Origin: Pyrinomonadaceae bacterium
Lineage (GTDB): Bacteria; Acidobacteriota; Blastocatellia; Pyrinomonadales; Pyrinomonadaceae
Direction of reading: 5' to 3'
DNA: 64,000 bases
Assembly (NCBI GenBank): GCA_019694345.1
Contig: JAIBCA010000169.1
Coordinates: 7,736 to 71,735, forward strand
Positions 9,359-19,081 of the stretch are shown here, piece by piece (the stretch's first letter is position 1; every line of letters begins with the position of its first letter). The notes beneath the pieces were generated by a model that was not told the DNA's origin, did not search any database, and saw only the letters and a list, made by a program, of their open reading frames with translations. A program made the position numbers and the translations under genes.

Positions 9359-9398
9359 GACAGGACATTTTGGTCACAAATGGCAAATATGTCCTGTC
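9359..9398 (+). promoter_or_regulatory. perfect 10-bp stem hairpin between rpsI and rpsB
   Basis: GACAGGACAT (9359-9368) pairs with ATGTCCTGTC (9389-9398) around a 20-nt loop. No U-tract follows, so it is not a classical intrinsic terminator. Lies in the rpsB leader region. Confidence 0.4.
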
Positions 9399-9469
9399 TA
9401 ATCCATTAACGGTGCCTAGTTGGTTCACCCAGTTGCCCCGTTGAGTACATAAACCAAGGAGATAAAGTT

Positions 9470-10429
9470 TTGGCTACAGTAACGATGAAAGAACTCCTCG
9501 AAGCCGGAGTTCATTTTGGTCACCAGGTCCGCCGCTGGAACCCGAAGATGAAAGAGTACATCTTTGGCGAGCGTAACGGCATTTACATCATAGATCTACA
9601 AAAGACTCAGAAACTTTTCCGTGATGCATTGAACTACGTTACGGAATCGCTCACCGAGCGCCCCAATCAGAAGATCCTTTTCGTCGGGACCAAGCGTCAG
9701 GCTCAGGATGCGATCAAAGAAGAGGCCGAACGCTGCGGACAGTTCTATATAAACAACCGATGGCTCGGCGGACTGCTCACGAATTTCGACACGGTCAAAA
9801 AATCGATCAACAAATTGAAAGAGATCGAAACGATGCGTGAAGACGGCCGATTCGAAATGCTCACCAAGAAAGAGCGTCTCGGCCTGGACCGTGAGTACGA
9901 AAAGCTGATGAAGAACCTTTCCGGCATCAAGGACATGAACGGCATGCCGGACATGATGTTCATCATTGATGTTCGTAAAGAAGATATCGCCGTTAAAGAA
10001 GCTAATCGTCTGGACATTCCGATCGTCGCAGTGGTTGACACCAATTGCTCGCCGGAAGGGATCGATCACGTCATTCCGGGCAACGACGACGCTCTCCGAG
10101 CGATCCGCCTATTCGCCTCACGCATTGCGGACGCGATCCTTGAGGGCAAACAGATCGGCACCGAAGGCGGTATCGCGGTCGCTGACAATGACGAAGCAGA
10201 AGCCCCGGAAGTCGCGGCGACTGAGATCTCGCTCAATGCTATCCCGAAAGAATATCTTTCGGCCGATGAGGTTGCGGAGATCGAGTCTGCCGACATTCCT
10301 GACGAAGAGGAAGACGAGGACGACGCCGCTGAGGCGACGGTAGCCGATGAGACCGCGGTTGAGGCAACCGCTCCGGAGGCAGCCGAAACAACCGAAATAA
10401 CGGAAGAAAGCAACGAAGCCGCCGGCTAG
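9470..10429 (+). CDS. rpsB: 30S ribosomal protein S2 with ~90-aa acidic C-terminal tail
   Basis: [22 protein letters not shown] and [24 protein letters not shown] core motifs. The tail from about aa 231 is E/D/A/T-rich. Confidence 0.95.
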   Translation: MATVTMKELLEAGVHFGHQVRRWNPKMKEYIFGERNGIYIIDLQKTQKLFRDALNYVTESLTERPNQKILFVGTKRQAQDAIKEEAERCGQFYINNRWLGGLLTNFDTVKKSINKLKEIETMREDGRFEMLTKKERLGLDREYEKLMKNLSGIKDMNGMPDMMFIIDVRKEDIAVKEANRLDIPIVAVVDTNCSPEGIDHVIPGNDDALRAIRLFASRIADAILEGKQIGTEGGIAVADNDEAEAPEVAATEISLNAIPKEYLSADEVAEIESADIPDEEEDEDDAAEATVADETAVEATAPEAAETTEITEESNEAAG

Positions 10430-10448
10430 TTTACATTTTTATTTCTTT

Positions 10449-10494
10449 AAGCGTAGCTCTTCTTCGTTTTGTCGGCGACGGGCTACGCTTTTTT
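10449..10494 (+). terminator. hairpin plus U-tract between rpsB and tsf (terminator/attenuator)
   Basis: AAGCGTAGC (10449-10457) pairs with GCTACGCTT (10482-10490) and is followed by TTTT. The loop is large (24 nt). Confidence 0.5.
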
Positions 10495-10531
10495 ATAGGT
10501 AAACATATTATTTTTTAAGTTGGAGCAATTT

Positions 10532-11194
10532 ATGGCAGAAGTTACAGCAAGCGCAGTTAAGTCACTACGAGAAAAGTCGGGTGCGGGAATGATCGACTGT
10601 AAGAATGCATTGGTCGAGGCCAATGGCGACGAAAATGCAGCGATGGAGATCCTCCGCAAGAAAGGGATGGCGACCGCCGGTAAAAAGGCAGGCCGTGTTA
10701 CCGCTGAGGGTGCAGTGGGTTCATACATCCACATGGGTGGAAAGGTCGGCGTTCTGGTCGAGGTAAATTGCGAAAGCGATTTCGTCTCACGCGGCGACGA
10801 GTTTCAGCAGTTGGTAAAGGACGTCGCAATGCACATCGCGGCCGTTGACCCGCGCTACACTAACCGTGAGGAAGTTCCGGCGGATGTCCTGAACAAGGAA
10901 CGTGAGATCCTTATGGAACAGCTCAAGAATGATCCGAAGAACGCTTCCAAGCCGGAAGATGTTCTCAACAAGATCATCGAGGGCCGTCTAAATAAATTTT
11001 ACGAGGACAACGTCCTGATCGATCAGCCTTTCGTCAAGGACCCCTCGAAGACGGTCGGCGAACTCGTGGCCGAAAAGATCGGCTCGATCAAGGAAAACAT
11101 CTCGATCCGCCGCTTTTCGCGGTTCAAGATGGGCGAAGGGATCGAAAAGAAAGCTGACGATTTTGCCGCCGAAGTGGCGTCGATGGTTGGCTAG
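10532..11194 (+). CDS. tsf: translation elongation factor Ts
   Basis: [45 protein letters not shown] (UBA-like N-terminus). GGAG lies 6 nt upstream of the ATG at 10532; the ORF track uses the TTG at 10520. Confidence 0.93.
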   Translation: MAEVTASAVKSLREKSGAGMIDCKNALVEANGDENAAMEILRKKGMATAGKKAGRVTAEGAVGSYIHMGGKVGVLVEVNCESDFVSRGDEFQQLVKDVAMHIAAVDPRYTNREEVPADVLNKEREILMEQLKNDPKNASKPEDVLNKIIEGRLNKFYEDNVLIDQPFVKDPSKTVGELVAEKIGSIKENISIRRFSRFKMGEGIEKKADDFAAEVASMVG

Positions 11195-11212
11195 TTTTTG
11201 TAGTACTTTCGA

Positions 11213-11258
11213 GGTTGCAGGGTTGTGAGGTTTTTTGGGACTCTGCAACCTTGCAACC
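11213..11258 (+). promoter_or_regulatory. 13-bp stem hairpin in the tsf-pyrH spacer
   Basis: GGTTGCAGGGTTG (11213-11225) pairs with CAACCTTGCAACC (11246-11258), including one G-U pair. The 3' arm ends 8 nt before the pyrH ATG, so it may act as a terminator/attenuator or occlude the RBS. Confidence 0.4.
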
Positions 11259-11266
11259 CTTTCAAT

Positions 11267-11986
11267 ATGACAACGCCATCATTCAAACGAATTCTGCTGA
11301 AACTTTCCGGCGAGGCCCTCATGGGCGAGCAGAATTACGGCATCGACACCCACGTGGCCGAGGCTCTCGCTCGCGAGATCAAAACGGTTCATGATATGGG
11401 CGTCGAGATCGCCATCGTGGTGGGCGGCGGCAATATTTTTCGTGGGGTCTCTGAGTCTGCCGGAAATATGGACCGGGCCGCAGCGGATTATATTGGCATG
11501 CTGGCCACGATCATGAACGCTGTCGTGCTTCAGGACGCCCTCGAGAAGGTCGGCGTTTATACGCGGGCTATGTCGGCGATCGATATCCCTCAGCTGGCCG
11601 AGCCGTTCATTCGCAGGCGGGCTATCCGGCACCTGGAGAAAAAGCGCCTTGTCATCTTTGCGGCCGGAACGGGCAATCCGTTCTTTACGACCGACTCGGC
11701 TGCTGCGCTTCGTGCCCTCGAGATGAAGGCGGATGTTATCTTTAAGGCGACAAAGGTTGACGGTATCTATGACTCGGATCCGGTGAAAAATCCGAAAGCG
11801 ATCCGCTATGCCACTGTCACATATCAGGAAGTTCTTGAAAAGCAACTCAAGGTGATGGACGCCTCGGCGATCTCGCTTTGTATGGACAACAACCTTCCGA
11901 TCATGGTCTTTAACATGCGGGAGAGTGGTAATATCGTTAAGGCAGTGTGCGGCAATACAGACATCGGCACACTTGTTACTAGTTGA
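11267..11986 (+). CDS. pyrH: UMP kinase
   Basis: [22 protein letters not shown] ... [10 protein letters not shown] ... [16 protein letters not shown] motifs. ATG at 11267 gives 239 aa; the ORF track starts at 11225. Confidence 0.93.
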   Translation: MTTPSFKRILLKLSGEALMGEQNYGIDTHVAEALAREIKTVHDMGVEIAIVVGGGNIFRGVSESAGNMDRAAADYIGMLATIMNAVVLQDALEKVGVYTRAMSAIDIPQLAEPFIRRRAIRHLEKKRLVIFAAGTGNPFFTTDSAAALRALEMKADVIFKATKVDGIYDSDPVKNPKAIRYATVTYQEVLEKQLKVMDASAISLCMDNNLPIMVFNMRESGNIVKAVCGNTDIGTLVTS

Positions 11987-11988
11987 TT

Positions 11989-12549
11989 ATGAGTGCACAA
12001 GACATTATCAAAGAGACCGGGCCGAAAATGGATGGCGTGGTCGAAGATTTCAAGCGTAAACTTTCGAACGTCCGCACCGGCCGCGCAACGGTGGGTCTTC
12101 TGGACACTGTCTCGGTCGATTATTACGGGACGCCGACCCCACTCAATCAGATGGCCTCGGTCGCCGTTCCCGAACCTCAACTTATAACCGTTCAGCCGTG
12201 GGACATCTCTCAGCTCGGTGCTGTCGAAAAAGCGATCATCGCTTCAAACCTCGGGCTCAACCCTTCAAACGACGGAAAGCTTATCCGCTTGCCGGTCCCG
12301 GCCCTTAACGAAGAGCGTCGGCGTCAGCTCGCAAAACAGGTACACGAGATCGCTGAGGAACATCGGATCGCTATCCGAAATGTCCGCCATGGATCGAACG
12401 ACCATCTGAAAAAGCTGCTCAAGGATAAGGCGATCTCCGAGGACGAAGAACGCGGAGGCCTCGATGATGTTCAGAAATTGACCAATTCGTATATTGCCAA
12501 GATCGACGAACTTGCGAAAAACAAGGAACATGAGATCATGAGTGTTTAG
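11989..12549 (+). CDS. frr: ribosome recycling factor
   Basis: KMDGVVEDFKRKLSNVRTGRATVGLLD and LPVPALNEERRRQLAKQV motifs. The ATG at 11989 lies just after the pyrH TGA (11984-11986). Confidence 0.93.
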   Translation: MSAQDIIKETGPKMDGVVEDFKRKLSNVRTGRATVGLLDTVSVDYYGTPTPLNQMASVAVPEPQLITVQPWDISQLGAVEKAIIASNLGLNPSNDGKLIRLPVPALNEERRRQLAKQVHEIAEEHRIAIRNVRHGSNDHLKKLLKDKAISEDEERGGLDDVQKLTNSYIAKIDELAKNKEHEIMSV

Positions 12550-12569
12550 TGGTTTCAGCCATGACCCGT

Positions 12570-12607
12570 AATGCCCGTTTCGCCATTGCGATGCGGGCAT
12601 TCTTTTT
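12570..12607 (+). terminator. rho-independent terminator after frr
   Basis: AATGCCCG (12570-12577) pairs with CGGGCATT (12594-12601) and is followed by CTTTTT (12602-12607). Confidence 0.7.
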
Positions 12608-12679
12608 GCAAAATTATTGCTTTCTATCGTTCGTGAATTGGGTTATATTTATCCCGGTCCCTCCCCGCCCCAAATTGGT

Positions 12680-15331
12680 ATGAATTTCATGTCCCGCTTT
12701 GCGATCTCTATTTTTCTGATCTTCGCATTTCTGTCGAGTGCCCTGCCCTGCGGCCCCGGATACGTGACGCCGGTATTCGATTTTACTAAGTCGCCAGAGC
12801 AGCCGTACACGAACTTTGCCGCCGGGAGATTGGGTATCATCAAGCCGACGTTTCGCCGATCGGTACTCATCGCCGCTTACCGTTATCTGGGAGGCGGCAG
12901 CTTTTCCGCAGACGAGCAACGGGCACTCGTCGACCTTTGGAAATCGACCATTGATCGCGACTACACGCAAAAGGACGACGTCACGCCTGTCGTAAAGGCT
13001 TGGCTGGAAAAGCGGAAGGCGGTCGTTGGCAAAGAAGAAAAAGTGCCCGCCGTTTATGTCGAGAGATCGTACGGCGGATATGACTTTTTTCCGAACTGCA
13101 GCATCAACGCATTTGAAGTAGCGGCCGAAACCTTGGGAGACCGGATCGCCTCGCATGGCCCAAGCGATGCCGGTGTTCAAAATTGGGTACGCGGCCAAGA
13201 TCAGGTGTTTCAAAATTGCTCCAGCGGCAGAAGTATCCCTGACGATGTCCCGGCGGGATCTCCCGAGTGGCTCGAAAAGGATCGGGCTTATCAGCAGGCG
13301 GCAGCCGAGTTCTATTCCCTGGATTTTCGAAATGCCAAAAAGCATTTTGCCGAGATAGCCCAGGACACCCAGTCACCCTGGCAGGAGACCGCTGACTACC
13401 TTGTCGCTCGCACATTGATCAGACAGGCGAGTCTGATGTCCTCACCCGCCTCGGCCCGTCCGCTTCTTGAAGAGGCTGAATCGCACCTGCAGCGATTCGT
13501 TTCGCGTTCCGGCAAATTCAGCGACTCGTCCGAACGGATGATCGGGCTTGTCCGGTTTCGCCTGTATCCAAAGGAGCGCGTCGGCGAACTGGCCCGTAAT
13601 ATTGCCTATCAGACCGCCAATGCGAATTTCATTCAGGATGTGATCGACTACACATGGCTTCTCGACAAGTTTGAGAGCGAAACGCTCGAGGCCGAAGTGA
13701 AACGCAAGGCCGAGATCGAAAATGCAAAGGATCCGAACGCTGCGAAGACCCCGGAACCAACCCCGGAGGTGCCAAAACAGTTCGATGAGAACGAATTGGT
13801 ATTTACGGTTTACTCTGAGAATTATGAAAAGAGTTGGGTGATCAAGGTACCCGTCGACGCGGGTGATCAGGCGACTCTCGCCGCCGCCGAGAAAATAATC
13901 GGAAAAGACCTGACCGGCGACATCGCTAAACGCGTGATCATTGCCCGGCAGGAGGCCTATGCTTCGAGATATTACGATAACCGGCAGCCTGTTTACGAAG
14001 GCGGCTTCTACAGCGAGGATAAGCTCGAACTGAGATCATTGCCGGCGTTTTTGAGAAATGACGACCTTACCGACTGGCTCTTCTCGATGCAAACCGAAAC
14101 GCCCGAGGCATATGAGCACTCATTCAGGAAGTATGTCGAGACCAGTGCCGACCATTGGCTCGTCAGTGCCCTCACCAAGGCTGACAAGACCTCGCCGGGG
14201 CTGGCAAGATTGCTTGAGGCAGCCGACCGTGTAAGTGCCCTTTCGCCTGCGTACGAGACCGCCGCGTATCACCGTGCCCGGCTATTGCTTGATCTCGGGA
14301 AGACGTCTGATGCTCGCAAGATCGTTGATGAAATGCTCGGCCGCGGCGATGATCTTTCTATCGCCACCCAGAACAGCTTTGTAACCCTAAAACTGCGGCT
14401 TGCCGAAACGCTCGACGATTTTCTCACCTATTCGCTGCAGCGTCCGTTCGCATATGATTTTGACGGCTCTGTCGGCCTGATCGACGACCTTATTGCCCAA
14501 CAGAAGACCTATTACGACCCTGAGTATAACAAGGAGGGCCGTGAGGCCTTTGAAAAAGAGGTCGATGAGCGGTTTGCGAATGAGCGGCTCTGGATGGGAC
14601 GGAAACTATTCACTTCCGAGACCATTAATTTGATGAATCAGACATTTCCGCAGTCGCTATTGATCGAGGTTGAGCGTTCTGCTGCATTACCGGATTATCT
14701 CCGGCCCAAATTTGCTATTGCGATCTGGACCCGCGCGTATTTACTTGATGATATGGCGACGCTCCTTAAGATGACTCCGGCCGTCGCACAATATGACCCG
14801 GCCCTTGAGCCCCAACTGGCTAAGATCACATCCGCCACGACCCAGGCCGCTATGGATCGTGCCGCCCTCTACTTCATACTCAAAAATCCGGTAATGAGCC
14901 CGTGGATCGAGGACGGCATCGGTAAGTCTGACAATGAGTTTGGCGAGTGGGATTCAAACGACTGGTGGTGTTCGTCCTATATGTCGGATGGCGATGAAGC
15001 GTCGGATCTGCCGCAGTTGAAGATCCCCGGATTTGTTACCGCTGCCCATAAGGCGGCCGCCAAGGCCGAGCGGCGCAAACTTATCGACCTCGGCGATGCC
15101 CCGCAGTTACTGGCTCAGCGCGTGATCGAGTGGCAAAAACGCTCCCCGCTTGATAAACGCGTTCCGGAGGCCCTTTATATCGTTCACAATGCTAACGGTT
15201 GGACGAAGTATGGCTGCGGCAACAGTGAAGAGACGCAGGTCGCCGTTGCGGCGATCCTGCGTAAGAATTACCCGAACAGCGAGTGGCTGCGCAAGCTCGA
15301 CGCCGAAAAGGCTGAGCGTGACTCGCAGTAG
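12680..15331 (+). CDS. hypothetical secreted protein, 883 aa, no family recognised
   Basis: Uninterrupted ORF. The ATG at 12680 gives a signal-like MNFMSRFAISIFLIFAFLSSALPCGPGY. The remainder is largely helical-looking (TPR-like stretches) with a K/E/P-rich linker (KRKAEIENAKDPNAAKTPEPTPEVPKQ). Cysteines occur only near the termini (PCGPG, FPNC, QNC, DWWCSSY, YGCGN). Confidence 0.8.
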   Translation: MNFMSRFAISIFLIFAFLSSALPCGPGYVTPVFDFTKSPEQPYTNFAAGRLGIIKPTFRRSVLIAAYRYLGGGSFSADEQRALVDLWKSTIDRDYTQKDDVTPVVKAWLEKRKAVVGKEEKVPAVYVERSYGGYDFFPNCSINAFEVAAETLGDRIASHGPSDAGVQNWVRGQDQVFQNCSSGRSIPDDVPAGSPEWLEKDRAYQQAAAEFYSLDFRNAKKHFAEIAQDTQSPWQETADYLVARTLIRQASLMSSPASARPLLEEAESHLQRFVSRSGKFSDSSERMIGLVRFRLYPKERVGELARNIAYQTANANFIQDVIDYTWLLDKFESETLEAEVKRKAEIENAKDPNAAKTPEPTPEVPKQFDENELVFTVYSENYEKSWVIKVPVDAGDQATLAAAEKIIGKDLTGDIAKRVIIARQEAYASRYYDNRQPVYEGGFYSEDKLELRSLPAFLRNDDLTDWLFSMQTETPEAYEHSFRKYVETSADHWLVSALTKADKTSPGLARLLEAADRVSALSPAYETAAYHRARLLLDLGKTSDARKIVDEMLGRGDDLSIATQNSFVTLKLRLAETLDDFLTYSLQRPFAYDFDGSVGLIDDLIAQQKTYYDPEYNKEGREAFEKEVDERFANERLWMGRKLFTSETINLMNQTFPQSLLIEVERSAALPDYLRPKFAIAIWTRAYLLDDMATLLKMTPAVAQYDPALEPQLAKITSATTQAAMDRAALYFILKNPVMSPWIEDGIGKSDNEFGEWDSNDWWCSSYMSDGDEASDLPQLKIPGFVTAAHKAAAKAERRKLIDLGDAPQLLAQRVIEWQKRSPLDKRVPEALYIVHNANGWTKYGCGNSEETQVAVAAILRKNYPNSEWLRKLDAEKAERDSQ

Positions 15332-15335
15332 CTGA

Positions 15336-15743
15336 TCATTTTTCGGCTTTCTTTTTCTCTTCGGACTTGAATTTTTCTAGTTCGGTCTTGAACTCACGGC
15401 AGTTTTTTGCCAACTCGGCCTTGTTGGTCTTATTTTCTTCGACGCTCTTTTTGATCGATTCCTTGATCTTGTTAAGGAAGGTCGCCTTGATCGCCTTGGA
15501 AACAAAATTATCGTCCGGATTATTTGCTTCCGCAGCAAGCATATCCATGACCTCGTCGCACTCAGGCACGCCGATCTTTTGTTCACCGACCGCCGTATCG
15601 ACCGCCTTGTCGGTCAGCGTTTTGTTCGACCCATTTGAAGCCGAACCTGAACTCTTTTCAGAAAACGGGTTGATCGACGAGCAACCGAGAACGGCAGATC
15701 CGAGGATCGCCAGAGCCAAAATAGATCCGATCTTATTTTTCAT
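15336..15743 (-). CDS. small Lys/Glu-rich lipoprotein
   Basis: Signal peptide with lipobox MKNKIGSILALAILGSAVLG-C-SS. The mature part is charged and helical. Its stop lies 4 nt from the stop of the convergent 883-aa gene. Confidence 0.7.
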   Translation of the reverse strand: MKNKIGSILALAILGSAVLGCSSINPFSEKSSGSASNGSNKTLTDKAVDTAVGEQKIGVPECDEVMDMLAAEANNPDDNFVSKAIKATFLNKIKESIKKSVEENKTNKAELAKNCREFKTELEKFKSEEKKKAEK

Positions 15744-15792
15744 ATTGAATTATCCACCGACCAAACTATAACGCCGTAGTGACGTCGTCGGT

Positions 15793-18207
15793 TCATACTT
15801 TTTGCAGATTAGCGTATTTCTCGATGAGCTTTTTTTGGCCAAATCCCGCAAAGCTTACCGTTAGTTTTGCGTTATCACCGGACCCCTCGCGTCTCAGCAC
15901 CAGGCCGCGGCCGTATTTTTCGTGTATTACGTGCGAGCCTGGACCGAGAATGTTGCTGTCCTTTTTCGGAGCGATACCTTTTGCGGCGGAAGACGCCGCT
16001 TTGAGGCTTTCGTACGGTGTCTGTTTCGGCGGCGCCGGGCGGAGTGCAGCATCACTGCTTGCCCGCTCGGAACCCTGGACGTCCCTTTTCTTAAAAAACT
16101 CGGCTATTGCATCGACACTGTTGTAGGTCTTCCCCGAATAGACGTTCTTCGGTTTTGGCGGTTCGAGTGTGCTGATCTGACTGACCGTTCCTCCGGGTGG
16201 CCTCGCCGTCGTAGTGTTTCTGGCATACGAAAGCCACGACGAACCATGTGAAAGGTCCTCGATCAGTTCGAGCGGCATTTCGTTCAGAAATTGCGAGGGC
16301 TCGGCGGCGATCTCCTCACCGTAAACACGCCGCCGCATCGAATGTGTGACATAGAGAACCTTTTCCGCACGAGTGATCGCGACATACGCAAGCCGACGCT
16401 CTTCCTCTAACTCCTTTGGGTCGTTGATCGAACGCGAATGCGGAAATATGCCGTCCTCCAGGCCGACGAGAAAAACCATCGGAAACTCAAGTCCTTTTGC
16501 CGAATGGACCGTCATCAGCGTTACATTCGCTTGGCCGTCGTATTTGTCTGTGTCGGATGTGAGAGCGGCGTGATCGATGAAATCCCGCAGTCCGTCAACT
16601 TCCTGGCCATCGTAATCGACCGCCGCGTTGACGAGTTCCTCAAGATTCTCAAGCCTGGCCGCCGATTCATCGGTATTTTCGGCACGGAGGCTGTTCGCGT
16701 ATCCGGTTTCTTCGATCGCCGCTATGACCACTTCGGATACCGGTTTACCGGAATCGCCGGCTTCACGGATCTTACCTATCAGATTCTCGATCGCCTTTCG
16801 AAATCCTCTCATTGCCTCTTTCGCACGCGGCGTCAGGCTGGCCTCGGCAGGAAACATTGGGTCGGTTATCGCGGAGATCGTCATCCACAGCGAAGAACCG
16901 CTCGACCTTGCCACACGTTGAAGTTCGTCCAAGCTGGTTTTCCCAAGCCCGCGTGCCGGTGTATTGATGACTCTCAGCAAAGCGATATCATCGAACGGAT
17001 TCAAGGCAAGTTTCAGATAAGCGACGATATCCTTGACCTCAGCCCGCTCATAGAATGAAAATCCGCCAACAATATTGTATTCGATCCGGAAACGCCTAAG
17101 AGCCTCTTCAAATAAACGAGATTGAGCGTTTGTGCGGTAAAGAACGGCCATTCTGGCTGACGGATCGCGCCGTAACTGGTCCTGGATCTTGGCGGCGACG
17201 AATCGGGCCTCGCCGTCGGCATCGGGTGCTTGAAAATAGAAGACCCTCTCGCCGCCCGGATTCGCCGTCCAAAGCTTCTTCTTCTTCTGATTTAGGTTGT
17301 TGTCGATGATCGCGTGGGCCACGTCAAGGATCGTTTGTGTTGATCGATAGTTCTGTTCGAGCAGGATTACCTTGGCCTGAGGATAGTGTTGCTCAAACTC
17401 TAGAATGTTGCGGATGTCTGCCTGCCTGAATCCATAAATGCTCTGCGCATCATCCCCGACCACGCAAATATTCTGCTGTTGTTCGGTCAGATAGCTGATC
17501 ATCGCAAATTGCAGAGCGTTGGTGTCCTGATACTCATCAACGAGGATATATTTGTAGCGTTCGTTATACTTTGTACGAGTCTCGGGCGACTTTCTCAGCA
17601 GCTTGACCGTCTTGATCAGCAGATCGTCAAAATCGAGCGCGTTGGCGGTATTAAGGCGCTCGTCGTACATCTTAAAGACCTTTGCCATTGCCGCCCGTCT
17701 TTCATCACCGTATTCGACCTTCGATGCAAACGCGTCCGAGTCGTCGCCGCGGTTCTTGCCGGCACTGATCGCGTTCCGAACTAACCTTGGAGCGATCTGC
17801 TTTTCATCAAGACCGAGGTCCTTGATACAGGCCTTTACAACCTTTAACGAATCGTCCGTGTCGTAGATCGTGAATGACTTGTTATAACCCTCATCGAGCT
17901 TCTCAATGTCTTGTCTGAGGATCCGCACACAGAGGCTATGAAAGGTCGATATCAGCGGGGCCGACTGCAGTTTCTCTCCTTTGAGCAGGTCTTCCACCCG
18001 TGAACGCATTTCACCTGCTGCCTTGTTTGTAAAGGTGACCGCGAGTATGTTGTGCGGCGGAACCTTTTTGTCGGCGATCAAATGGGCGATCCTGACCGTG
18101 ATGACGCGAGTTTTCCCGGAACCGGCACCGGCAAGGATCAACAGCGGGCCCTCCGTTGTTTCGACGGCCTCGATCTGCTGTGGGTTGAGTGTTGAAAATA
18201 TATCCAT
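15793..18207 (-). CDS. UvrD/PcrA-family ATP-dependent DNA helicase
   Basis: LNPQQIEAVETTEGPLLILAGAGSGKT (motif I), ILVDEYQDTN (motif II), TVHSAKGLEF and AYVAITRA (motifs V/VI). C-terminal GSHVIHEKYGRGLV Tudor-like tail. Alternative starts at 18228 and 18249. Confidence 0.9.
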   Translation of the reverse strand: MDIFSTLNPQQIEAVETTEGPLLILAGAGSGKTRVITVRIAHLIADKKVPPHNILAVTFTNKAAGEMRSRVEDLLKGEKLQSAPLISTFHSLCVRILRQDIEKLDEGYNKSFTIYDTDDSLKVVKACIKDLGLDEKQIAPRLVRNAISAGKNRGDDSDAFASKVEYGDERRAAMAKVFKMYDERLNTANALDFDDLLIKTVKLLRKSPETRTKYNERYKYILVDEYQDTNALQFAMISYLTEQQQNICVVGDDAQSIYGFRQADIRNILEFEQHYPQAKVILLEQNYRSTQTILDVAHAIIDNNLNQKKKKLWTANPGGERVFYFQAPDADGEARFVAAKIQDQLRRDPSARMAVLYRTNAQSRLFEEALRRFRIEYNIVGGFSFYERAEVKDIVAYLKLALNPFDDIALLRVINTPARGLGKTSLDELQRVARSSGSSLWMTISAITDPMFPAEASLTPRAKEAMRGFRKAIENLIGKIREAGDSGKPVSEVVIAAIEETGYANSLRAENTDESAARLENLEELVNAAVDYDGQEVDGLRDFIDHAALTSDTDKYDGQANVTLMTVHSAKGLEFPMVFLVGLEDGIFPHSRSINDPKELEEERRLAYVAITRAEKVLYVTHSMRRRVYGEEIAAEPSQFLNEMPLELIEDLSHGSSWLSYARNTTTARPPGGTVSQISTLEPPKPKNVYSGKTYNSVDAIAEFFKKRDVQGSERASSDAALRPAPPKQTPYESLKAASSAAKGIAPKKDSNILGPGSHVIHEKYGRGLVLRREGSGDNAKLTVSFAGFGQKKLIEKYANLQKV

Positions 18208-18252
18208 TGAGGCCTGTTTTCGAGCCATTCGATCCGTCCTGACCCGCAAAGG

Positions 18253-18807
18253 TCATTTGATCAGAGCTTGAACTTCCTTAAAGTGCGGATGCCGCGAGTC
18301 CCGCAATAGTTCGAAAAGGGCCATTTCCACCGACGATGAGACCACACCGCTTCCGAACATTTTCTTGAGGCCGGCGCGTTTGTCGGTCTCGTTTCGCGAA
18401 CTGACCGCGTCTAAGAGCAGATGAACGGCGATCCCATCCGCCAAAAGGTCGTGAGCCGTCTGACTGACGCAGACATGTGCCTCAACACCGCACAAGACAA
18501 CCGTCTCGACCCCGTCAGCACGCAGACGTTCGACGAACGCCGAACTGCCGCAAGCACTGAACGACGATTTTTCGATCACGCTGACTTCGTCAGCAAGTGA
18601 CAGCAATATTTCTTCGACCGTACGCCCGAGCCCTCGCGGATATTGCTCGGTTACGATCACAGGCACGCCGAGCATCTGAAAGCCTCGAACAGCGATCACC
18701 GCTCGCTCGATCACGGACAAACTGTCAGGTATCGGGTCGCGAAATGCCTCCTGGATGTCCACGACGACCAACGCCGTCGAATGTGCTTCTAACGTGTTAC
18801 GATGCAT
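18253..18807 (-). CDS. isochorismatase-family cysteine hydrolase
   Basis: TALVVVDIQEAF ... VVLCGVEAHVCVSQTAHDL pattern (Asp, Lys, Cys triad context). 184 aa. Confidence 0.8.
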   Translation of the reverse strand: MHRNTLEAHSTALVVVDIQEAFRDPIPDSLSVIERAVIAVRGFQMLGVPVIVTEQYPRGLGRTVEEILLSLADEVSVIEKSSFSACGSSAFVERLRADGVETVVLCGVEAHVCVSQTAHDLLADGIAVHLLLDAVSSRNETDKRAGLKKMFGSGVVSSSVEMALFELLRDSRHPHFKEVQALIK

Positions 18808-18822
18808 CGTGTTCGGCCCAGT

Positions 18823-19002
18823 TTAATCGTCGTCGGGCTCAGCCGCCGGTTGGGCTGCTTTTCGCTTTTTCTCCTCTTCTCTCTCGCGCATTTCTTTCTT
18901 ATATGTCTTGAAAAAGAAATAGACCGCTACCGCACATATGATCAATATCAGGACCATCATCGCGGTTATAAAGTAGATCTCTGCTCTTCCGGCTCCAGGC
19001 AT
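18823..19002 (-). CDS. hypothetical 59-aa single-pass membrane protein (one codon under the ORF-track cut-off)
   Basis: My minus-strand translation is MPGAGRAEIYFITAMMVLILIICAVAVYFFFKTYKKEMREREEEKKRKAAQPAAEPDDD*: one TM helix plus a charged tail. The stop lies 15 nt upstream of the isochorismatase start. No obvious SD. Confidence 0.35.
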   Translation of the reverse strand: MPGAGRAEIYFITAMMVLILIICAVAVYFFFKTYKKEMREREEEKKRKAAQPAAEPDDD

Positions 19003-19081
19003 ACGAATAGTTTAGGGTCCGTTTGTGGCAGATTCAAGTTCGAGATCAAATACGCGTTGAATGCCGGTAACCGGGTGGTTG

